From: Phycisphaerae bacterium
Lineage (GTDB): Bacteria > Planctomycetota > Phycisphaerae > UBA1845 > Fen-1342
NCBI GenBank assembly: GCA_050115495.1
Contig: JASFQK010000069.1
Span: forward strand, 1 to 12,019
DNA length: 12,019 nt
Reading direction: 5' to 3'
Shown: in pieces, positions 1 to 6,431 of the stretch
How positions within the stretch are numbered: the stretch's first letter is position 1
Layout of the letters: every line of letters starts with the position of its first letter
The notes under the pieces: generated by a model
Databases searched by the model: none
Seen by the model: only the letters and a program-made list of their open reading frames with translations
What the model was told of the DNA's origin: nothing
Program-made: the position numbers and the translations under genes

Positions 1-300
1 ACGTCCTTCTGCCGAAAGCGGATCGCCTGCCGCGAATGCCGGGATGCCGGGCCTACGGGCGACGCCTGGCGCGACCGCGAGGGCGCCCCCGAGACCTGCC
101 CGTTCGGCGTGACCGCCGACACGCTGCCCGAACCGGCCACGCCAACGACGGCCAGCTCAGAACCCTGCCCGGCGGCCGGCGCCGCGTGCGACCACTGGCG
201 AGCCCGGAAATGCCACCTCGACCCCGCCGACTCGCGGTGCCTGTCGGACCTGCGCTTCAAAGGGCCCGCCAGCGACTGCCCGCTGGGCTGGCGGAAGTAG
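1..300 (+). CDS. Cys-rich small hypothetical protein, 5' truncated by the window edge
   Basis: Frame +1 is open from base 1 to TAG at 298-300 (99 codons): TSFCRKRIACRECRD...ETCPFGVTADTLPEPATPTTASSEPCPAAGAACDHWRARKCHLDPADSRCLSDLRFKGPASDCPLGWRK. It has 9 Cys, strongly G/C-ending codons, and two modules ending CPFG and CPLG. The track's 109..300 ORF is only its 3' part. Confidence 0.7.
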   Translation, partial: TSFCRKRIACRECRDAGPTGDAWRDREGAPETCPFGVTADTLPEPATPTTASSEPCPAAGAACDHWRARKCHLDPADSRCLSDLRFKGPASDCPLGWRK

Positions 301-555
301 CGGGTCGGCCCTCGCGGGGCTATCTTTGGTCTCGAGCACACGGCGGTTTGGCCGCCTCGGCTCTCGCGCGCGACTTTTGCTACGACAGCTTTGGCAGCGG
401 CCGTTTTCCGGCCAGGGTATGTGCGCTTGCGTGGCGTGCTGGCAGTTTGTCCGACCCGCCTCGAGAGACAACGACCGCCTACACGGCAGCCGTAACGTTG
501 GGTGGGGACGCTGTACAGCGGAATCACAAGACGGAGCGGTGGCAGAGTGCCCATC

Positions 556-608
556 TCAGGCCAGTCGGGTTAAGCTACGCTTGGGTAGCCTAGCTCGGCC
601 AGGCCTGA
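556..608 (+). promoter_or_regulatory. Long imperfect stem-loop 24 nt upstream of the methyltransferase start
   Basis: TCAGGCC(556-562)/GGCCTGA(602-608), GTCGGGTTA(564-572)/TAGCTCGGC(591-599) with three G-U pairs, and GCTAC(574-578)/GTAGC(585-589) around a 6-nt loop, 21 pairs in all. The structure is seen directly; the function is unknown. Confidence 0.45.
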
Positions 609-632
609 CTCGAATATGATGTCGAGAGCAAC

Positions 633-3224
633 GTGGAGGAGATCGCCGTCGCGTCGCCACCTGAAGATTCCGCTGCCGCGTTGAGACCGCTGCTCGAGGA
701 GTGCGGCTACACGGGAACGTGCTTGGCCGCGCGCTACTCCGTGGGCGCACAGACGTTCCCACTGGTCGGTTTTGCGGGCAAGCCGTGGGACAGCCGGTCG
801 GCGTGCATCGCGGTTGTGGACACCGGTGGTGACCCGTGCGCTGCGGCCGCGTCCTGTCGGGAGCTCGGAGCGCCGATCGTGTGGGTGCGGTACAACGGGA
901 CCATCGACTGGTGGACGCAGCACGAGCAGAGCCCGAGCCGGTTTGCGTCGCGACCGGTGGCCGAGTTTCCTCAGCTGGTTCGCGAGTATCAGGCCGACCT
1001 CGCGCCGACCGAGGTGTATCGGCTCAAGACGCTGGGCCGGCTGCCCGGGGCGCGGCAATTGGACTTTATCGATGTCGGGCTGATGCCGCTGCTGGAAGCA
1101 CGGGCGGGCAAGGAGCTTGGCGGTCTGGTGGAAGACATGACGCGTGCCGTGCTGCTTGGCTTGAGGCTGCGCAGCCCCGGCAAACAGCGCATGCGCGAAG
1201 TGTTCACCGCCGTCTTCCGGCTGCTGGCCGGAAAGATCCTGCACGACAAGCGGGTCCGTGGGTTCGCGACGCTCGCGCTCGACGATCCGGCCGCCGTGCT
1301 GACCGCCGTGCAACGGCACTACAACGCCGGCGAACCTGCCCCGCATCTGGACCACACGTGGCGGACGGCGCTGGCGAGGGCGTGCGAACTCATCGCGGGC
1401 TTCGGCGACGTGCGCACCGTGTCGCCCGAGGCGCTCGCGTACGTTTACGAGCACACGCTGGTCAGCAAGCCACTCCGCAAGAAGCTGGGCATCCACGCCA
1501 CCCCGCTCTACTTGGTGGACTACGTCCTTTGGCAGCTCTACGACTGGATTCGCGAGATTCCCGCGGCCGACCGCCACGTGTTTGAGCCAGCGTGCGGGCA
1601 TTCGCCGTTCCAACTGGCGGCTCTGCGGATGCTGCGGCTGGAAATGCAGGGAGACTCGGACGAGGCGGTGCATACGTACCTGAAGCAGCATGTCCACGGC
1701 GTGGAGATCGACGATTTCGCCCGCGAGATCGCCCGGCTGTCACTCACGCTGGCGGACATCCCGAACCCCAACGGCTGGGACCTGCAGGCCGCCGACATGT
1801 ACGCTTCGGATATCCTGGCCGAGCAGGCCGGGCACTGCCGCATCCTGCTCAGCAATCCGCCTTATGAGCGTTTTGATCCCGCCGAAAAGAAGGTGTACGC
1901 CGCCGCCGGCTATCCCGTGCGGCGATCCAAGGCGGTCGAACTGCTAGACCGCACGCTCCCGCACCTGGCGCCCGGCGCGGTGTTTGGCGTGGTGGCGCCA
2001 CAGGGCGTACTCCAAAGCAAGGAGGCGAAAGACGTTCGTACACTGTTGCTGCGAGAATTCGAGATTCGCGAAGTGTGCATGTTCGCGGACAAGGTATTCG
2101 AGGAAGGGGATGCCGAGACTGCCGTGATCTTGGGGCGGCGGCGTCCAGACGCCGGAACTGCAGCGAAACAGACAACGTTCCGTCGCGTTCGCGAGGATTC
2201 CATCGCCCAGTTTGCTGCGGACTACTCGTTCGACTCGGAACACGTCGCATCAGCGGCGCAGCTCAAGGCGCATCGCGACAAAGACCTATACGTCCCCGAC
2301 CTCCCCGACGTGTGGGAGCGCACCAGGGGAAACCCTACGCTCGGCACAGTCGCGGACATCGGCGAGGGATTCTCGTTTGCACACAAGGGGTTGATCGAGA
2401 AGGCGCAGGCCGCCGGCAAACGACGGACGTCGGACGCAGTGCCCGCCTACCTAGCCGGCGTGGGCGACTTGTCGATCTGGGAGGTTCCCGAGTGCGTGTG
2501 GCTCAGCTCGAAGCGTACTCCGGTTGAACCGTGGCGCAGCGGCGACCACACCGGAAAGGCCCAGATCCTGGTCAATCACGCACGCGTGATGCGCGGGCCG
2601 TGGCGAATCAAGGCTCTGCTGGATCGAAGTGGGCGCGCGGCCATCAAGAAATACGTGACGGTCCGCCCCAGGAAAGGCGGACCGGCAATCACGTTCCTTT
2701 GGGCGCTGCTAAACTCCCCCGTTGCGAACGCCTACGTTCACTGCCACACGTTCCGCCGAGACATCTACGTGAGCGTGCTCGCATCGTTCCCCCTGCCGGT
2801 TCACTGGCAAGCGCACGTAGCGTCCGTTGTTTCGGCGGCCAATGCGTATCTGCAACTCGTGTGCGAACCAGAGGCGTTCGAATTGCAGTCGGAACAGAAC
2901 CCCGCTGTCTGCCAGGCGCTCCTGCGCATGGATGCCGCGGTGACGCGCGCCTATGCGCTGCCGGTCCGGCTCGAACGGGAGCTGCTCGATCTCTTCCGGC
3001 TGCCGGCGGAGAAGAAGGAGCGGCGGCGGCGTAAAGGCGTCGGATGCATGTTCGGCGACTACTTCCCGGCCGACTTCGAGTCGCTGATCCCGCTGCACAA
3101 GTACGTCGCGGCCGGCTACCAGCGCTCCACGGTGAATGCCGTCACTGCACGGTTGAAGGCGGGGGAGTCGGACACCGTGCTGCGAGACCTGCGAACGGCC
3201 GCGGATGCATTTGGGGGAGACTGA
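633..3224 (+). CDS. N6-adenine (amino) DNA methyltransferase, gamma class, Type IIG/Eco57I-like architecture: degenerate N-terminal nuclease-like domain + MTase + probable target-recognition region
   Basis: 863-aa ORF with a GTG start. Motif X RKKLGIHATP (1476-1505), motif I FEPACGHSPF (1581-1610), motif II GVEID and motif IV NPPY (1854-1865) occur in the order X-I-II-IV. They are followed by a TRD-like region and the helical ending MDAAVTRAYAL...ELLDLF typical of Type IIG-like proteins. Confidence 0.9.
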   Translation: MEEIAVASPPEDSAAALRPLLEECGYTGTCLAARYSVGAQTFPLVGFAGKPWDSRSACIAVVDTGGDPCAAAASCRELGAPIVWVRYNGTIDWWTQHEQSPSRFASRPVAEFPQLVREYQADLAPTEVYRLKTLGRLPGARQLDFIDVGLMPLLEARAGKELGGLVEDMTRAVLLGLRLRSPGKQRMREVFTAVFRLLAGKILHDKRVRGFATLALDDPAAVLTAVQRHYNAGEPAPHLDHTWRTALARACELIAGFGDVRTVSPEALAYVYEHTLVSKPLRKKLGIHATPLYLVDYVLWQLYDWIREIPAADRHVFEPACGHSPFQLAALRMLRLEMQGDSDEAVHTYLKQHVHGVEIDDFAREIARLSLTLADIPNPNGWDLQAADMYASDILAEQAGHCRILLSNPPYERFDPAEKKVYAAAGYPVRRSKAVELLDRTLPHLAPGAVFGVVAPQGVLQSKEAKDVRTLLLREFEIREVCMFADKVFEEGDAETAVILGRRRPDAGTAAKQTTFRRVREDSIAQFAADYSFDSEHVASAAQLKAHRDKDLYVPDLPDVWERTRGNPTLGTVADIGEGFSFAHKGLIEKAQAAGKRRTSDAVPAYLAGVGDLSIWEVPECVWLSSKRTPVEPWRSGDHTGKAQILVNHARVMRGPWRIKALLDRSGRAAIKKYVTVRPRKGGPAITFLWALLNSPVANAYVHCHTFRRDIYVSVLASFPLPVHWQAHVASVVSAANAYLQLVCEPEAFELQSEQNPAVCQALLRMDAAVTRAYALPVRLERELLDLFRLPAEKKERRRRKGVGCMFGDYFPADFESLIPLHKYVAAGYQRSTVNAVTARLKAGESDTVLRDLRTAADAFGGD

Positions 3225-3227
3225 CGG

Positions 3228-3791
3228 GTGCGTGACTATCTCATCGATACGCAGATCATCCGTTACTGGTATGACATCGCGTGCCCGCAGCACGCCGCGG
3301 TAATTGGAAACGTGCAGAAGCTGCAAGCCCTCGCCGGATCGGCCGAACACCAACCGCGGCTGCTGGTTTCCGTCATCACGCTGGGTGAGATCGAGTTCGG
3401 CCACCGCGTTCAGCAACACGACCATCCTGCGGCGCAGGAGGCCTATCTGCGATTCGTCAACGAGCAGCTTCCCGATCGTCTGGAGCTCACCGGCGATGCG
3501 GCAGCAGCTTACGGCAGGCTTCGTGCGCGGTTGTTCAACAAGCACGCCCCCGGGGGCATGAGGAAGCCGAAGATGCGGCCCGAGCAACTCATCGACCCCG
3601 CCACGTCGCTCAACCTGCAAATCCAGGAGAACGACCTGTGGCTCTGCGCTCAGGCCGTTGGGCATCGATTGGTGCTGGTCAGCAACGATGCCATGAAGCC
3701 AATCATGGCGATCGCCGAGGGAGTGAATCCGCCGCTGTTGGTGGAGAACTGGGCTCTGCCTGGAGCCGTTACCCCCAACGCCCCCGCATGA
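3228..3791 (+). CDS. PIN-domain (VapC-like) ribonuclease
   Basis: 187 aa. Motifs YLIDTQII, VSVITLGEIEFG, AYGRLRARL, ENDLWLCAQA and LVLVSND; the four PIN acidic residues are present (D7, E54, D136, D154). The GTG start is 3 nt after the MTase TGA, with GGGGAG just upstream as a possible ribosome-binding site. Confidence 0.92.
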   Translation: MRDYLIDTQIIRYWYDIACPQHAAVIGNVQKLQALAGSAEHQPRLLVSVITLGEIEFGHRVQQHDHPAAQEAYLRFVNEQLPDRLELTGDAAAAYGRLRARLFNKHAPGGMRKPKMRPEQLIDPATSLNLQIQENDLWLCAQAVGHRLVLVSNDAMKPIMAIAEGVNPPLLVENWALPGAVTPNAPA

Positions 3792-4191
3792 TGAAGTGCG
3801 GCAGCAACCAGCATCATGCCGGCGCTGGCGCTGACCGAGCGGGTCGAAGTCGACGTCACGGCCTTCGGCGACGCAGCTCTCGATCCAACCGGCCATCATC
3901 TCAGTAACCGCCGGCCCACCCGTTCGACCGACCGCTGGCGCCATACAGGGTTGGTTTGGCCAGTTTCAAGCTGTAGAGCTGGGCGTCGATACCACCTCGG
4001 CCCCGGATTCTCCTGCACAGCCCTCAATGTGGGCGGAGTCTGGCGGAAGACTTGCTGTCGCGACGGTGCGGTACATGCTGAATACGGCGGCAGCCACGAT
4101 GCGGACGGCTGAAGCTATGCGCCCCCATCGAGTCCAGATGCCCCGTGCCGCTGTGACATTCTCACTCAGCGTCTTCCTCGTGGGGTGAGCT

Positions 4192-4209
4192 CTTCGCGCA
4201 TGCGCGAAG
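4192..4209. repeat. Perfect 18-bp palindrome CTTCGCGCATGCGCGAAG
   Basis: The sequence equals its own reverse complement over 18 bp and lies in the intergenic spacer. Confidence 0.85.
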
Positions 4210-5066
4210 GACTGGCGCATGTTGCGGTTGTTCGCGCAGTTGAATCGGCATTCACGGAGCTGCGGCAAGCCCATTGCTGTGCTGACAGATCGCTGGTCAC
4301 TGTGGCCGCGACGAACACAAGGAACACGGACAACACGGCGTTGCCGTCCATAAGTGCTGTGTTTGCAGGACTCCGCAGAGCGCCGGGCGCTCGTGAACAG
4401 CCATTGGGGTCGGTTGCGGTCGTGGTTGACCAGAGCTGCCCGTGGCGCACATGGGATGAAGTGTCGGCGTGCTGCTGTTCGTGGCGTCGTCGATACTGCT
4501 TTCTACCCCGACCAGCGAACTCGAAGTCACGGACGGACCGTCACTTGCAGCGTGTGGCCCTTCGGCACTCCGCGGGTCAGACAGATCTCCATCTCTTATT
4601 GATGTGCGGATGTCGTGTGACGGCGGCTGCGGTTCCTCTCATTCTATGCGGCCGACATTGCCTGGGTGCCCTGATCACGGAAGGACGCTGCAAGCGTCAC
4701 GGCGTCACGCGCCAGGCCGCAGTACGTCCGAAGTGATGCAAAACCTCTCCCGACCGTCACTTGTGTCGCCTCGGCGCGATCTTTGCGTCTCCTGAACGAA
4801 GTGCGATCGTCGAATGCTCGGTCGTCATAGGACCATACACAGAACCGACCGCCGTTCGCGTGAATCTCCGACGAAACCCGTATTCTCCGAAACAACGAAA
4901 AGCTTGCTCCCACCATACGAACAGGGAGCTTTGAGGGATCTTAATGGCGGCCCCCTTCCCTCGGGTGTTGCGCGCGCGTAATATGGGAGCAGTCAGGCAG
5001 GGGAGGTGGCTCTTGCGCGAGACGGCGCGGGCGCCCTGCTTGGAGGGTATTCTAAGGGGACCAGCA

Positions 5067-6431
5067 ATGCATAGCATGCAGCGCGTAATGGTGGGGGCCA
5101 TCGTCACGATTGCAGGGGCGGTGGCGTTGAGCGCATCGTCATCGGCGCAAGCGCCGGCGAATGCGTCTCGAGGATCGTCGCAGACGTTTGACACGTCCGG
5201 TTTCGCTACCGAGTGCGGTATCGTTGAGACTGAGGTGGGGGGGGCTGCCTTGGGACGTTTCACCCGCGCTGAACTGCTAGTGATGATGGGGCGATCCTCC
5301 GCGGCAACAGGACGGTTCGGCGTCTCTGCGGCCGCGTACTTGACGTTCCTGAACGAGTTCGGATTGCGGCACGAGTGGGCTGAGCGCGTGTCGTTGCGAC
5401 TCATCGACAGTCTCGCTCCGCTGAAGCTCGACGTCGTTGACGTCATGTTCTCGACAGACGGCCCGCAGTTCAGGCCGGCTTGGCGGATGGGGTACGTGCC
5501 GGACACCGCCCAACTTGAACAAGCCGTGACGGTGTGTGAGACCCTTGCTGCCGAGTTGGAGCAAGAGGCCGCGCGGGCGACGGTGCTTCTCAAGCTCGGC
5601 TGGATCCAGCGTGCGAGAGGCGACTGGGACGCGGCCACGCGAGCCTGGGACCGTGCCGCTGTCGCGGCGCCACGGGGGTCCAATCAGGCGACGCAGGCGC
5701 TGTCGTTGGCTGCGGAGAATTGCGAGTGGCTCGGCCATCCGACGGAAGCGATCGCACGACTGGAGCAGATCGTACAAGCACGTGGGGAAGACGCGATGAC
5801 CCCCGAGACACGATCGCGAATCGAACGTCTGCGCCGGGAGGCGGGGCGCGATGAGGCTTGGTTGGCAGATCCCGTAGCGGGGTTCCAGCGTGAGGGCGAA
5901 ACGAACGGCGCCGCGGACCCGAGCGCACGGTACGTGGAGGCAGCGACTTGGCTGAAACGAAGGGGGCAGTTCCCAGTCCTCGCTAAGCTCGCCTGGTGGG
6001 CATCCAGAGAAGCAAAGTGGCCGTTATCCGTTCAGTTGAGCGTACTCGGCGACCTGGCTGACGCCTCGCTGGCCGGAGGTACCGATGAAGGGCGTGTGGT
6101 TGCCGCGGAGGCTTATGCGAGCATCATCGCCGCTTCAGAGGAGGAATCCTGGATCTTGCCGGCTGCTGTGCGCCGTAGTGCCCTGTTGCGCGTACTACAT
6201 CGACCGGGCGATGCGCTGTCCACGATTGAATCGACTGAACAGCGGTTGCGGAATGCGGAGATCTGGGAGACCACGCTTGTGCCGGAGAAGGTACGTGTGC
6301 TCCTGGACTTGGGTGACATGGAAGCAGCCAGGACGCTGGTGGACGACTTCGGCGTAAGGCACTCTGATCATCCGGAACTGCCGGCGCTTCGCGATCTCGT
6401 GCAGCAGGCCAGCAAGCGGGAGGGCAAGTGA
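5067..6431 (+). CDS. Exported tetratricopeptide-repeat (TPR-like) protein
   Basis: Same frame as track ORF 4944..6431. ATG 5067 is preferred because AAGGGGA lies just upstream and it opens a Sec-type signal peptide (MHSMQRVMVGAIVTIAGAVALSASSSAQA). TPR-like helical units include VLLKLGWIQRARGDWDAATRAWDRAAVAAP, ALSLAAENCEWLGHPTEAIARLEQIV and KVRVLLDLGDMEAARTLVDDF. Confidence 0.8.
   Translation: MHSMQRVMVGAIVTIAGAVALSASSSAQAPANASRGSSQTFDTSGFATECGIVETEVGGAALGRFTRAELLVMMGRSSAATGRFGVSAAAYLTFLNEFGLRHEWAERVSLRLIDSLAPLKLDVVDVMFSTDGPQFRPAWRMGYVPDTAQLEQAVTVCETLAAELEQEAARATVLLKLGWIQRARGDWDAATRAWDRAAVAAPRGSNQATQALSLAAENCEWLGHPTEAIARLEQIVQARGEDAMTPETRSRIERLRREAGRDEAWLADPVAGFQREGETNGAADPSARYVEAATWLKRRGQFPVLAKLAWWASREAKWPLSVQLSVLGDLADASLAGGTDEGRVVAAEAYASIIAASEEESWILPAAVRRSALLRVLHRPGDALSTIESTEQRLRNAEIWETTLVPEKVRVLLDLGDMEAARTLVDDFGVRHSDHPELPALRDLVQQASKREGK

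Noticed and set aside
633..3224. Assignment as BREX PglX, DISARM or Type I HsdM
   Set aside because: No partner genes for these systems appear in the window, and the fused layout does not fit HsdM.
570..3944. Long minus-strand ORFs 570..1697 and 2709..3944, plus the Arg/Ala-rich alternative + frames
   Set aside because: They are shadows of the motif-supported MTase and PIN genes, expected in GC-rich DNA, and show no recognisable domains.
3840..3944. Minus-strand peptide EMMAGWIESCVAEGRDVDF resembling the end of a HicB N-terminal domain
   Set aside because: The resemblance is short, the preceding HicB strands are missing, and the frame runs on antisense through the PIN gene. An HMM hit would be needed.
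4166..4795. Small spacer ORFs, including a signal-peptide-like MDGNAVLSVFLVFVAAT on the minus strand and 4469..4795 on the plus strand
   Set aside because: They are short, mutually overlapping, lack convincing codon bias or ribosome-binding sites, and have no domain evidence.
4956..4984. Possible sigma70 promoter TTCCCT-N17-TAATAT
   Set aside because: Only 3/6 and 4/6 matches to consensus, not distinguishable from chance.
4944..5066. Track start at 4944 for the TPR gene
   Set aside because: It adds 41 Arg-rich residues ahead of a clear signal peptide. ATG 5067 has the better ribosome-binding site.
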